The position numbers and the translations under genes were made by a program. DNA of 64,000 nucleotides from Eledone cirrhosa (taxonomy: Eukaryota), in the NCBI GenBank assembly GCA_964016885.1, contig OZ024744.1, positions 108,376,001 through 108,440,000 of the forward strand, written 5' to 3'. Positions 1 to 14,500 of this stretch are shown piece by piece; the stretch's first letter is position 1, and every line of letters begins with the position of its first letter. The notes under the pieces are model-generated. The model saw nothing but the letters and a program-made list of their open reading frames with translations, ran no database searches and was not told the origin of the DNA.

Positions 1-311
1 CCGCCTTCACCACTGCCAAGGTCCAGGACCACTAGTCGACCCTCCGGATCCAAATGTACCGTCTGTGTTGCGAGACCCAGATGTTTTTGCAGCAGAACGA
101 CAACCCCACCCGCACCTCCGGGCTGACAGAGAGATGCGTGCATCTCAAAGTCGTCAAAGGTGGGGGCCAGCTGTCGCACGTTGCTGATCCGGGCCTCGCA
201 AATAACCATCACATCTATACGTTGTGATCTGAGGTCATTTAGAAGCATTGCTTGCTTCTAAGTTGAGCCCAGGCCACGCGCATTTAAACAGCCTACTCTT
301 AGCATAGCCAT
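1..311 (-). pseudogene. Tx1-like ORF2 N-terminus (APE endonuclease), premature stop
   Basis: ATG at 311 reads MAMLRVGCLNARGLGST*KQAMLLNDLRSQRIDVMVICEARI; NxRGL and DV..I.E motifs of APE-like endonucleases. Confidence 0.85.
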
Positions 312-336
312 GTTGGTGGGGAAGAGAAAAGGCACT

Positions 337-2133
337 TACCTCTCTGCGTCCCGGGTATCGGGCTGCACAATTTCCATGAGGGTGGGGGATGGGTTGTTGG
401 GTGGGGTGGTGGTTTGTGGAAGTGTAGGGGCATCAGTGTGTTGTGTGGTTGGGGTGTTTGGAGTTGTGTGAGTGTTTGGGGAGGGGGTGGCGTAGTTTTT
501 TTAGGAGGACGCGGTTAATGGGCCCGATGCAGGGGGGGGGGGGGGGGGCACGTCCTCTTTAAAGTTGTCTTTTAGAGTTTTATAAGTGTCCTTTGGGGCC
601 TTAATCATTTTGAGGTGGGGGAAATCCCCTGCCTGGGTGAAGTTAGGCCCTTGGGTTTTTATTAAATTGTTGTTGTACACAATGTTTAACAGTTTTTTGT
701 TTCTTGTGTTTATGTATGTGTATGCATGTTTTTGTTTTTGTGTGGTGTTTTTTGTTGTTTGCTGTTGTTGTGTGCTCTTTTGTGTTGGTGTCAGTGTTAT
801 GTTTTGAGAGGGGGTTGTTTTCATTTGTGTGTCTGAGGTGTGTTTTCTTTTTTTTCTTTTGATTGTGTGGAAGTGCTCCTCCTCGTATGACGATGAACGA
901 GGGTCATCTTCCGCGTTGGAGGGGAGGGGTATATTTTCGGGTTGTGTTTGCGGTGCGGGTGTTTTGGGAATTTTTTTTTTTGAGTGGGGGGGATGGGTTG
1001 GACATTGTTTTGTTTTGGTTTGAACTGTGGTTGTTGTTTTTGTAGTGGTGGTTGTGGTGGTTGTGCAGTTGTTGGTGGTGTAGGCAGGATTGGGGTTTTC
1101 TTATTAAGTTGGGGACAGACAGCCCTCAGGTAACCTCTGGTTCCACAGAGGTAACACGAGGGCCGCCTACCCTCAACGGTAATGTTGATGAAAATTTGAT
1201 CATCCAGTATGACGCGTTCAGGGATCTGGGAGATCCTTTCGGGCCTCATTTGAACTACAAGTTCGAGGCTCGTTCCACTGAACGCGTCACCCGATGCCTT
1301 TCCCATGGACACCAGCGTGTCATCATCCAGGATCAGGAAACCTGTCAAAACCCACCATATGTCCATAATCGGCAGGATGGTGTGGATTTTTATTTTTTGT
1401 GTCCTTCTACCCATGTACGTAGGGTAGAAGGTGTATGCGGTGGATGTAATTGGTTTGATGGACAGTTTCACTGCTGTGTCCCTGTCCTTCATGAGAATGG
1501 ATAGACTCCCGTAGAGTCTATCCTTCTGAATGAAGGTGATGTCCTTCATGACATCTTTTAAAACCAGCTCTATCTCACTCGGTGATGGTTGAGCTGGTTT
1601 TTTGCTTTTATTTGAGATTGTCCTAAACATGACAGTGTTTAGGAGTCTCTGGCTTTTTAGTTCCGGGGGGAGGGGGAGTGGATCGTAAATGCACCATTTT
1701 CCCCGTACACTATATATTTTTTGGCATCTGCCAGTAGCTCCTTCGCTTTGGTTATATCTACTGGCAGATAGTCGAGGGTTTTCCTTGCCGTCTGGGCGAA
1801 GGAGACCTTTTCCTTGTTTGTGTTGCTGTTGTAGTTGGTGGTGTTGTTTTTATCATTGTTGTTGTTATCACAGTTATTGGTCTTGTTGTTGTTGTTATTG
1901 TTATTGGTGTTGTTTTCGTCCGTAGCATTATTGTTGTTGTTGTTGTTGCTGGTGCCGCTCGTTCTTTGGTTTGTTGTCATGGCAACGTCAAGTTGTTGGT
2001 CAGCAGGTGGAGAAAATCCTTCCTCTGGCTAACCTTTGTTTTTGACCTCTGCTACTGTGACAGTGGCAGGGGGAAGCTGTAAGCATATCTTCCCCTTTCC
2101 TCCTTCGAATTTTGGTGAAGAAGCTTCAACCAT
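337..2133 (-). pseudogene. Tx1-like ORF1 (gag-like), broken into several frames
   Basis: ORFs 1657-1980 (poly-Asn, SFAQ), 821-1630 (GRRPSCYLCGTRGYLRAVC, degenerate CCHC knuckle) and 501-824; probable ATG at 2133. Confidence 0.75.
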
Positions 2134-2344
2134 TTTACAAAAAATGTTAACTTTTCAAAGAAAATTTTGGTAACTATTTCGCCTAAAGGCGTAGAATATT
2201 TTGAAAGACTAACCAGATCAAAGTTTGACCTGGCAGTCCCTCTACAAAATGGTGCAAAAATTAAAGTTTACAGTCAAGAATTTCTATAGAAATTTAAGCA
2301 GAACTTACTCAGCAAGTTACACGCGTGTGTCCATCCCAGAATAG

Positions 2345-2445
2345 ATAGATATGTTTCTTTTATTTGCCACCAGGGCATCACAAGTGGGACAAGTACAATG
2401 GGGGGAGTTTACAAAACAAGGCGTCCTCAATAGGGAGGAGGCAAG
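2345..2445 (-). mobile_element. Isolated Tx1-like 3' UTR fragment flanked by (TAGA)n
   Basis: Reverse strand reads CCCTATTGAGG...GCCCTGGTGGCAAATAAAAGAAAC, matching Tx1 3' UTR motifs at ~26775 and ~33416-33440. Confidence 0.6.
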
Positions 2446-2511
2446 ATAGATAGATAGACACAAGCAATACTATCCGACGTTTCTTGGATTTGAATGTTTA
2501 TATTCAATGTT

Positions 2512-5500
2512 TGTATGTGTATATGTGTGTGTTAGTCCATATCTGTATATATGTGTGTGTTAGTCCATATCTGTATATATGTGTGTGTTAGTCCATATCT
2601 GTGTATATATGTGTGTGTTAGTCCATATCTGTGTATATATGTGTGTTACTCCATATCTGTGTTTATGTGTGTGTTAGTCCATATCTGTGTTTATGTGTGT
2701 GTTAGTCCATATCTGTGTTTATATGTGTGTGTTAGTCCATATCTGTGTATATATGTGTGTTACTCCATATCTGTGTATATATGTGTGTGTTAGTCCATAT
2801 ATGTGTTTATGTGTGTGTTAGTCCATATCTGTGTATATATGTGTGTGTTAGTCCATATCTGTGTTTATGTGTGTGTTAGTCCATATCTGTGTTTATGTGT
2901 GTTAGTCCATATCTGTGTTTATGTGTGTGTTAGTCCATATCTGTGTATATATGTGTGTGTTAGTCCATATCTGTGTTTATATGTGTGTGTGTTAGTCCAT
3001 ATCTGTGTTTATATGTGTGTGTTAGTCCATATATGTGTATATGTGTGTGTGTTAGTCCATATCTGTGTATATGTGTGTGTGTTAGTCCATATCTGTGTAT
3101 ATATGTGTGTGTTAGTCCATATCTGTGTTAGTCCATATCTGTGTTTATGTGTGTTAGTCCATATCTGTGTATATGTGTGTGTTATTACATATCTGTGTTT
3201 ATGTGTGTGTTATTCCATATCTGTGTATATGTGTGTGTTAGTCCATATCTGTGTATATATGTGTGTGTTAGTCCATATCTGTGTTTATGTGTGTGTTAGT
3301 CCATATCTGTGTTTATATGTGTGTTAGTCCATATCTGTGTATATGTGTGTGTGTTAGGCCATATCTGTGTTTATGTGTGTTAGTCCATATCTGTGTATAT
3401 ATGTGTGTGTTAGTCCATATATGTGTATATGTGTGTGTTAGTCCATATCTGTGTTTATATGTGTGTTAGTCCATATCTGTGTATATGTGTGTGTTAGTCC
3501 ATATCTGTGTATATGTGTGTGTGTTAGTCCATATCTGTGTATATATGTGTGTGTTAATCCATATCTGTTTATATGTGTGTGTTAGTCCATATCTGTGTAT
3601 ATGTGTGTGTTAGTCCATATCTGTGTATATATGTATGTTAGTCCATATCTATGTATATGTGTGTGTGTTAGTCCATATCTGTGTATATATGTGTGTGTTA
3701 GTCCATATCTGTGTTTATGTGTGTGTTAGTCCATATCTGTGTTTATGTGTGTGTGTTAGTCCATATCTGTGTATATATGTGTATGTTAGTCCATATCTGT
3801 GTTTATGTGTGTGTGTTAGTCCATATCTGTGTATATATGTGTGTGTTACTCCATATCTGTGTTTATGTGTGTGTTAGTCCATATCTGTGTATATATGTGT
3901 GTGTTAGTCCATATCTGTGTATATGTGCGTGTTAGTCCATATCTGTGTGTATATGTGTGTGTTAGTCCATATCTGTGTATATGTGCGTGTTAGTCCATAT
4001 CTGTGTATATATGTGTGTGTTAGTCCATATCTGTGTATATATGTGTGTGTTAGTCCATATCTGTGTATATGTGTGTGTTAGTCCATATCTGTGTATATGT
4101 GTGTGTTAGTCCATATCTGTGTTTATGTGTGTTAGTCCATATCTGTGTATATGTGTGTGTTAGTCCATATTTGTGTTTATGAGTGTGTTAGTCCATATCT
4201 GTGTATATATGCGTGTGTTAGTCCATATCTGTGTTTATATGTGTGTGTTAGTACATATCTGTGTTTATGTGTGTGTATTAGTCCATATCTGTGTATATAT
4301 GTGTGTGTTAGTCCATATCTGTGTATATATGTGTGTGTTAGTCCATATCTGTGTATATATGTGTGTGTTATTCCATATCTGTGTATATATGTGTGTGTTA
4401 GTCCATATCTGTATATATGTGTGTGTTAGTCCATATCTGTATATATGTGTGTGTTAGTCCATATCTGTGTATATATGTGTGTGTTAGTCCATATCTGTGT
4501 ATATATGTGTGTTACTCCATATCTGTGTTTATGTGTGTGTTAGTCCATATCTGTGTTTATGTGTGTGTTAGTCCATATCTGTGTTTATATGTGTGTGTTA
4601 GTCCATATCTGTGTATATATGTGTGTTACTCCATATCTGTGTATATATGTGTGTGTTAGTCCATATATGTGTTTATGTGTGTGTTAGTCCATATCTGTGT
4701 ATATATGTGTGTGTTAGTCCATATCTGTGTTTATGTGTGTGTTAGTCCATATCTGTGTTTATGTGTGTTAGTCCATATCTGTGTTTATGTGTGTGTTAGT
4801 CCATATCTGTGTATATATGTGTGTGTTAGTCCATATCTGTGTTTATATGTGTGTGTGTTAGTCCATATCTGTGTTTATATGTGTGTGTTAGTCCATATAT
4901 GTGTATATGTGTGTGTGTTAGTCCATATCTGTGTATATGTGTGTGTGTTAGTCCATATCTGTGTATATATGTGTGTGTTAGTCCATATCTGTGTTAGTCC
5001 ATATCTGTGTTTATGTGTGTTAGTCCATATCTGTGTATATGTGTGTGTTATTACATATCTGTGTTTATGTGTGTGTTATTCCATATCTGTGTATATGTGT
5101 GTGTTAGTCCATATCTGTGTATATATGTGTGTGTTAGTCCATATCTGTGTTTATGTGTGTGTTAGTCCATATCTGTGTTTATATGTGTGTTAGTCCATAT
5201 CTGTGTATATGTGTGTGTGTTAGGCCATATCTGTGTTTATGTGTGTTAGTCCATATCTGTGTATATATGTGTGTGTTAGTCCATATATGTGTATATGTGT
5301 GTGTTAGTCCATATCTGTGTTTATATGTGTGTTAGTCCATATCTGTGTATATGTGTGTGTTAGTCCATATCTGTGTATATGTGTGTGTGTTAGTCCATAT
5401 CTGTGTATATATGTGTGTGTTAATCCATATCTGTGTATATGTGTGTGTTAGTCCATATCTGTGTATATGTGTGTGTTAGTCCATATCTGTGTATATGTGT

Positions 5501-8500
5501 ATGTTAGTCCATATCTATGTATATGTGTGTGTGTTAGTCCATATCTGTGTATATATGTGTGTGTTAGTCCATATCTGTGTTTATGTGTGTGTTAGTCCAT
5601 ATCTGTGTTTATGTGTGTGTGTTAGTCCATATCTGTGTATATATGTGTATGTTAGTCCATATCTGTGTTTATGTGTGTGTGTTAGTCCATATCTGTGTAT
5701 ATATGTGTGTGTTACTCCATATCTGTGTTTATGTGTGTGTTAGTCCATATCTGTGTATATATGTGTGTGTTAGTCCATATCTGTGTATATGTGCGTGTTA
5801 GTCCATATCTGTGTGTATATGTGTGTGTTAGTCCATATCTGTGTATATGTGCGTGTTAGTCCATATCTGTGTATATATGTGTGTGTTAGTCCATATCTGT
5901 GTATATATGTGTGTGTTAGTCCATATCTGTGTATATGTGTGTGTTAGTCCATATCTGTGTATATGTGTGTGTTAGTCCATATCTGTGTTTATGTGTGTTA
6001 GTCCATATCTGTGTATATGTGTGTGTTAGTCCATATCTGTGTTTATGAGTGTGTTAGTCCATATCTGTGTATATATGCGTGTGTTAGTCCATATCTGTGT
6101 TTATATGTGTGTGTTAGTACATATCTGTGTTTATGTGTGTGTATTAGTCCATATCTGTGTATATATGTGTGTGTTAGTCCATATCTGTGTATATATGTGT
6201 GTGTTAGTCCATATCTGTGTATATATGTGTGTGTTATTCCATATCTGTGTATATGTATGTGTGCTAGTCTATATCTGTATTTATATGTGTGTTAGTCCAT
6301 ATCTGTGTATATATGTGTGTGTTATTCCATATCTGTGTATATGTATGTGTGCTAGTCTATATCTGTGTTTATATGTGTGTTAGTCCATATCTGTATATAT
6401 GTGTGTGTTAGTCCATATCTGTGTTTATATGTGTTCAGTCCATATCTGTGTTTATGTGTGTGTTAGTCTATATCTGTGTTTATGTGTGTGTTATTCCATA
6501 TCTGTGTATATATGTGTGTTAGTCCCTATCTGTGTTTATGTGTGTGTGTTAGTCCATATCTGTGTATATGTGTGTGTGTTAGTACATATCTGTGTTTATA
6601 TGTGTGTGTTAGTACATATCTGTGTTTATGTGTGTGTGTTAGTCCATATCTGTGTATATATGTAAGTGTTAGTCCATATCTGTGTATATATGTGTGTGTT
6701 AGTCCATATCTGTGTATATATGTGTGTTAGTGCATATCTGTGTTTATGTGTGTGTTAGTCCATATTTGTGTTTATGTGTGTTAGTCCATATCTGTGTTTA
6801 TGTGTGTGTGTTAGTCCATATCTGTGTTTATGTGTGTGTTAGTCCATATCTGTGTTTATGTGTGTTAGTCTATATCTGTGTATATGTGTGTGTGTTTGTC
6901 CATATCTGTGTATATGTGTGTGTGTTAGTCCATATCTGTGTATATATGTGTGTGTTAGTCCATATCTGTGTTTATATGTGTGTGTTAGTCCATATCTGTG
7001 TATATATGTGTGTGTTAGTCCATATCTGTGTTTATATGTGTGTGTTAGTCCATATCTGTGTTTATATGTGTGTGTTAGTCCATATCTGTGTATATGTGTG
7101 TGTTAGTCCATATCTGTATATATGTGTGTGTTAGTCCATATCTGTGTATATGTGTGTGTTAATCCATATCTGTGTATATGTATGTGTTAGTCCATATCTG
7201 TGTATATATGTGTGTGTTAGTCCATATCTGTGTATATGTGTGTGTTAATCCATATCTGTGTATATGTGTGTGTTAGTCCATATCTGTGTATATGTGTGTG
7301 TTAGTCCATATCTGTGTATATATGTGTGTGTTAGTCCATATCTGTGTATATATGTGTGTGTTAGTCCATATCTGTGTATATATGTGTGTGTTAGTCCAAA
7401 TCTGTGTATGTGTGTGTTACTCCATGTCTGTGTATATGTGTGTGTTAGTCCATATCTGTGTATATGTGTGTGTTAGTCCATATCTGTGTATATATGTGTG
7501 TGTTAGTCCATATCTGTGTATATATGTATGTGTTAGTCCATATCTGTGTATATATGTGTGTGTTACTCCATATCTGTGTATATGTGTGTGTTAGTCCATA
7601 TCTGTGAATATATGTGTGTGTTAGTCCATATCTGTGTATATATGTGTGTGTTAGTCCATATCTGTGTATATGTGTGTGTTAGTCCATATCTGTGTTTATG
7701 TGTGTGTGTTAGTCCATATCTGTGTATATATGTGTGTGTTAGTCCATATCTGTGTATATGTGTGTGTTAATCCATATCTGTGTATATGTGTGTGTTAGTC
7801 CATATCTGTGTATATGTGTGTGTTAGTCCATATCTGTGTATATATGTGTGTGTTAGTCCATATCTGTGTATATATGTGTGTGTTAGTCCATATCTGTGTA
7901 TATATGTGTGTGTTAGTCCATATCTGTGTATGTGTGTGTTACTCCATGTCTGTGTATATGTGTGTGTTAGTCCATATCTGTGTATATGTGTGTGTGTTAG
8001 TCCATATCTGTGTATATATGTGTGTGTTAGTCCATATCTGTGTATATATGTGTGTGTTAGTCCATATCTGTGTATATGTGTGTGTTAATCCATATCTGTG
8101 TATATGTGTGTGTTAGTCCATATCTGTGTATATATGTGTGTTAGTCCATATCTGTGTATATATGTGTGTGTTAGTCCATATCTGTATATATGTGTGTGTT
8201 AGTCCATATCTGTGCATATATGTGTGTGTTAGTCCATATCTGTGTATATGTGTGTGTTAGTCCATATCTGTGTTTATGTGTGTGTGTTAGTCCATATCTG
8301 TGTATATATGTGTGTGTTAGTCCATATCTGTGTGTATGTGTGTGTTAGTCCATATCTGTGTATATGTGTGTGTTAGTCCATATCTGTGTTTATGTGTGTG
8401 TGTTAGTCCATATCTGTGTATATGTGTGTGTTAGTCCATATCTGTGTGTATATGTGTGTGTTATTCCATATCTGTGTTTATATGTGTGTTAGTCCATATC

Positions 8501-11500
8501 TGTGTATATATGTGTGTGTTACTCCATATCTGTGTTTATGTGTGTGTTAGTCCATATCTGTGTATATATGTGTGTGTTAGTCCATATCTGTGTTTATGTG
8601 TGTGTTAGTCCATATCTGTGTGTATATGTGTGTGTTATTCCATATCTGTGTTTATGTGTGTGTTAGTCCATATCTGTGTATATATGTGTGTGTTAGTCCA
8701 TATCTGTATATATGTGTGTGTTAGTCCATATCTCTGTATATGTGTGTTAGTCCATATCTGTATATATGTGTGTGTTAGTCCATATCTGTGTATTTGTGTG
8801 TGTTAGACCATATCTGTGTGTATGTGTGTGTTAGTCCATATCCTTGTATGTGTATGTTACTCCATATCTGTGTATATGTGTGTGTTAGTCCATATCTGTG
8901 TATATATGTGTGTGTTAGTCCATATCTGTGTATATATGTGTGTGTTACTCCATATCTGTGTATATGTGTGTGTTAGTCCATATCTGTATATATGTGTGTG
9001 TTAGTCCATATCTGTGTATATATGTGTGTGTTACTCCATATCTGTGTATGTGTGTGTGTTAGTCCATATCTGTATATATGTTTGTGTTAGTCCATATCTG
9101 TGTATATATGTGTGTGTTAGTCCATATCTGTGTATATGTGTGTGTTAGTCCATATCTGTGTATATGTGTGTGTTAGTCCATATCTGTGTGTATGTGTGTG
9201 TTATTCCATATCTGTGTATATGTGTGTGTTAGTCCATATCTGTGTATATGTGTGTGTTATTCCATATCTGTGTTTATATGTGTGTGTTAGTCCATATCTG
9301 TGTTTATGTGTGTTAGTCCATATCTGTGTATATGTATGTGTTAGTCCATATCTGTGTTTATATATGTGTGTGTTAGTCCATATCTGTGTTTATGTGTGTG
9401 TTAGTCCATATCTGTGTATATATGTGTGTGTTAGTCCATATCTGTGTATATATGTGTGTTTGTCCATATCTGTGTATATATGTGTGTGTTTGTCGATATC
9501 TGTGTTTATGTGTGTGTTAGTCCATATCTGTGTTTATGTGTGTGTTAGTCCATATCTGTGTTTATGTGTGTGTTAGTCCATATCTGTGTATATGTGTGTG
9601 TGTTAGTACATATCTGTGTATATGTGTGTGTGTTAGTACATATCTGTGTTTATGTGTGTGTGTTAGTCCATATCTGTGTTTATGTGTGTGTGTTAGTCCA
9701 TATCTGTGTATACATGTGTGTGTTAGTCCATATCTGTGTATATATGTGTGTGTTTGTCCATATCTGTGTATATATGTGTGTGTTATTCCATATCTATGTA
9801 TATGTATGTGTGCTAGTCTATATCTGTGTTTATATGTGTGTTAGTCTATATCTGTGTATATGTGTGTGTTAGTCCATATCTGTGTGTATGTGTGTGTTAT
9901 TCCATATCTGTGTATATGTGTGTGTTAGTCCATATCTGTGTATATGTGTGTGTTAGTCCATATCTGTGTATATGTGTGTGTTATTCCATATCTGTGTTTA
10001 TATGTGTGTGTTAGTCCATATCTGTGTTTATGTGTGTTAGTCCATATCTGTGTATATGTATGTGTTAGTCCATATCTGTGTTTATATATGTGTGTGTTAG
10101 TCCATATCTGTGTTTATGTGTGTGTTAGTCCATATCTGTGTATATATGTGTGTGTTAGTCCATATCTGTGTATATATGTGTGTTTGTCCATATCTGTGTA
10201 TATATGTGTGTGTTTGTCGATATCTGTGTTTATGTGTGTGTTAGTCCATATCTGTGTTTATGTGTGTGTTAGTCCATATCTGTGTTTATGTGTGTGTTAG
10301 TCCATATCTGTGTATATGTGTGTGTGTTAGTACATATCTGTGTATATATGTGTGTGTTAGTCCATATCTGTATATATGTGTGTGTTAGTCCATATCTGTG
10401 TATATATGTGTGTGTTAGTCCATATCTGTGTATATGTGTGTGTTAGTCCATATCTGTGTTTATGTGTGTGTGTTAGTCCATATCTGTGTATATATGTGTG
10501 TGTTAGTCCATATCTGTGTGTATGTGTGTGTTAGTCCATATCTGTGTATATGTGTATGTTACTCCATATCTGTGTATATGTGTGTGTTAGTCCATATCTG
10601 TGTATATATGTGTGTGTTAGTCCATATCTGTGTATATATGTGTGTGTTACTCCATATCTGTGTATATGTGTGTGTTAGTCCATATCTGTATATATGTGTG
10701 TGTTAGTCCATATCTGTGTATATATGTGTGTGTTACTCCATATCTGTGTATGTGTGTGTGTTAGTCCATATCTGTATATATGTTTGTGTTAGTCCATATC
10801 TGTGTATATATGTGTGTGTTAGTCCATATCTGTGTATATGTGTGTGTTAGTCCATATCTGTGTATATGTGTGTGTTAGTCCATATCTGTGTGTATGTGTG
10901 TGTTATTCCATATCTGTGTATATGTGTGTGTTAGTCCATATCTGTGTATATGTGTGTGTTATTCCATATCTGTGTTTATATGTGTGTGTTAGTCCATATC
11001 TGTGTTTATGTGTGTTAGTCCATATCTGTGTATATGTATGTGTTAGTCCATATCTGTGTTTATATATGTGTGTGTTAGTCCATATCTGTGTTTATGTGTG
11101 TGTTAGTCCATATCTGTGTATATATGTGTGTGTTAGTCCATATCTGTGTATATATGTGTGTTTGTCCATATCTGTGTATATATGTGTGTGTTTGTCGATA
11201 TCTGTGTTTATGTGTGTGTTAGTCCATATCTGTGTTTATGTGTGTGTTAGTCCATATCTGTGTTTATGTGTGTGTTAGTCCATATCTGTGTATATGTGTG
11301 TGTGTTAGTACATATCTGTGTATATGTGTGTGTGTTAGTACATATCTGTGTTTATGTGTGTGTGTTAGTCCATATCTGTGTTTATGTGTGTGTGTTAGTC
11401 CATATCTGTGTATACATGTGTGTGTTAGTCCATATCTGTGTATATATGTGTGTGTTTGTCCATATCTGTGTATATATGTGTGTGTTATTCCATATCTATG

Positions 11501-14500
11501 TATATGTATGTGTGCTAGTCTATATCTGTGTTTATATGTGTGTTAGTCTATATCTGTGTATATGTGTGTGTTAGTCCATATCTGTGTGTATGTGTGTGTT
11601 ATTCCATATCTGTGTATATGTGTGTGTTAGTCCATATCTGTGTATATGTGTGTGTTAGTCCATATCTGTGTATATGTGTGTGTTATTCCATATCTGTGTT
11701 TATATGTGTGTGTTAGTCCATATCTGTGTTTATGTGTGTTAGTCCATATCTGTGTATATGTATGTGTTAGTCCATATCTGTGTTTATATATGTGTGTGTT
11801 AGTCCATATCTGTGTTTATGTGTGTGTTAGTCCATATCTGTGTATATATGTGTGTGTTAGTCCATATCTGTGTATATATGTGTGTTTGTCCATATCTGTG
11901 TATATATGTGTGTGTTTGTCGATATCTGTGTTTATGTGTGTGTTAGTCCATATCTGTGTTTGTGTGTGTTAGTCCATATCTGTGTTTATGTGTGTGTTAG
12001 TCCATATCTGTGTATATGTGTGTGTGTTAGTACATATCTGTGTATATATGTGTGTGTTAGTCCATATCTGTATATATGTGTGTGTTAGTCCATATCTGTG
12101 TATATATGTGTGTGTTAGTCCATATCTGTGTATATGTGTGTGTTAGTCCATATCTGTGTTTATGTGTGTGTGTTAGTCCATATCTGTGTATATATGTGTG
12201 TGTTAGTCCATATCTGTGTGTATGTGTGTGTTAGTCCATATCTGTGTATATGTGTGTGTTAGTCCATATCTGTGTTTATGTGTGTGTGTTAGTCCATATC
12301 TGTGTATATGTGTGTGTTAGTCCATATCTGTGTGTATATGTGTGTGTTATTCCATATCTGTGTTTATATGTGTGTTAGTCCATATCTGTGTATATATGTG
12401 TGTGTTACTCCATATCTGTGTTTATGTGTGTGTTAGTCCATATCTGTGTATATATGTGTGTGTTAGTCCATATCTGTGTTTATGTGTGTGTTAGTCCATA
12501 TCTGTGTGTATATGTGTGTGTTATTCCATATCTGTGTTTATGTGTGTGTTAGTCCATATCTGTGTATATATGTGTGTGTTAGTCCATATCTGTATATATG
12601 TGTGTGTTAGTCCATATCTCTGTATATGTGTGTTAGTCCATATCTGTATATATGTGTGTGTTAGTCCATATCTGTGTATATGTGTGTGTTAGTCCATATC
12701 TGTGTGTATGTGTGTGTTAGTCCATATCCTTGTATGTGTATGTTACTCCATATCTGTGTATATGTGTGTGTTAGTCCATATCTGTGTATATATGTGTGTG
12801 TTAGTCCATATCTGTGTATATATGTGTGTGTTACTCCATATCTGTGTATATGTGTGTGTTAGTCCATATCTGTATATATGTGTGTGTTAGTCCATATCTG
12901 TGTATATATGTGTGTGTTACTCCATATCTGTGTATGTGTATGTGTTAGTCCATATCTGTATATATGTTTGTGTTAGTCCATATCTGTGTATATATGTGTG
13001 TGTTAGTCCATATCTGTGTATATGTGTGTGTTAGTCCATATCTGTGTATATGTGTGTGTTAGTCCATATCTGTGTGTATGTGTGTGTTATTCCATATCTG
13101 TGTATATGTGTGTGTTAGTCCATATCTGTGTATATGTGTGTGTTATTCCATATCTGTGTTTATATGTGTGTGTTAGTCCATATCTGTGTTTATGTGTGTT
13201 AGTCCATATCTGTGTATATGTATGTGTTAGTCCATATCTGTGTTTATATATGTGTGTGTTAGTCCATATCTGTGTTTATGTGTGTGTTAGTCCATATCTG
13301 TGTATATATGTGTGTGTTAGTCCATATCTGTGTATATATGTGTGTTTGTCCATATCTGTGTATATATGTGTGTGTTTGTCGATATCTGTGTTTATGTGTG
13401 TGTTAGTCCATATCTGTGTTTATGTGTGTGTTAGTCCATATCTGTGTTTATGTGTGTGTTAGTCCATATCTGTGTATATGTGTGTGTGTTAGTACATATC
13501 TGTGTATATGTGTGTGTGTTAGTACATATCTGTGTTTATGTGTGTGTGTTAGTCCATATCTGTGTTTATGTGTGTGTGTTAGTCCATATCTGTGTATACA
13601 TGTGTGTGTTAGTCCATATCTGTGTATATATGTGTGTGTTTGTCCATATCTGTGTATATATGTGTGTGTTATTCCATATCTATGTATATGTATGTGTGCT
13701 AGTCTATATCTGTGTTTATATGTGTGTTAGTCTATATTTGTGTATATGTGTGTGTTAGTCCATATCTGTGTGTATGTGTGTGTTATTCCATATCTGTGTA
13801 TATGTGTGTGTTAGTCCATATCTGTGTATATGTGTGTGTTAGTCCATATCTGTGTATATGTGTGTGTTATTCTATATCTGTGTTTATATGTGTGTGTTAG
13901 TCCATATCTGTGTTTATGTGTGTTAGTCCATATCTGTGTATATGTATGTGTTAGTCCATATCTGTGTTTATATATGTGTGTGTTAGTCCATATCTGTGTT
14001 TATGTGTGTGTTAGTCCATATCTGTGTATATATGTGTGTGTTAGTCCATATCTGTGTATATATGTGTGTTTGTCCATATCTGTGTATATATGTGTGTGTT
14101 TGTCGATATCTGTGTTTATGTGTGTGTTAGTCCATATCTGTGTTTATGTGTGTGTTAGTCCATATCTGTGTTTATGTGTGTGTTAGTCCATATCTGTGTA
14201 TATGTGTGTGTGTTAGTACATATCTGTGTATATATGTGTGTGTTAGTCCATATCTGTATATATGTGTGTGTTAGTCCATATCTGTGTATATATGTGTGTG
14301 TTAGTCCATATCTGTGTATATGTGTGTGTTAGTCCATATCTGTGTTTATGTGTGTGTGTTAGTCCATATCTGTGTATATATGTGTGTGTTAGTCCATATC
14401 TGTGTGTATGTGTGTGTTAGTCCATATCTGTGTATATGTGTATGTTACTCCATATCTGTGTATATGTGTGTGTTAGTCCATATCTGTGTATATATGTGTG

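Larger units (their letters stand above)
1..2338 (-). mobile_element. Tx1/L1-clade non-LTR retrotransposon copy A (5' UTR, disrupted ORF1, start of ORF2; runs off window start)
   Basis: Minus-strand ORF1 pieces with Asn-rich tract and zinc knuckle, followed by an APE-endonuclease start homologous to those at 29821 and 53909. Confidence 0.85.
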
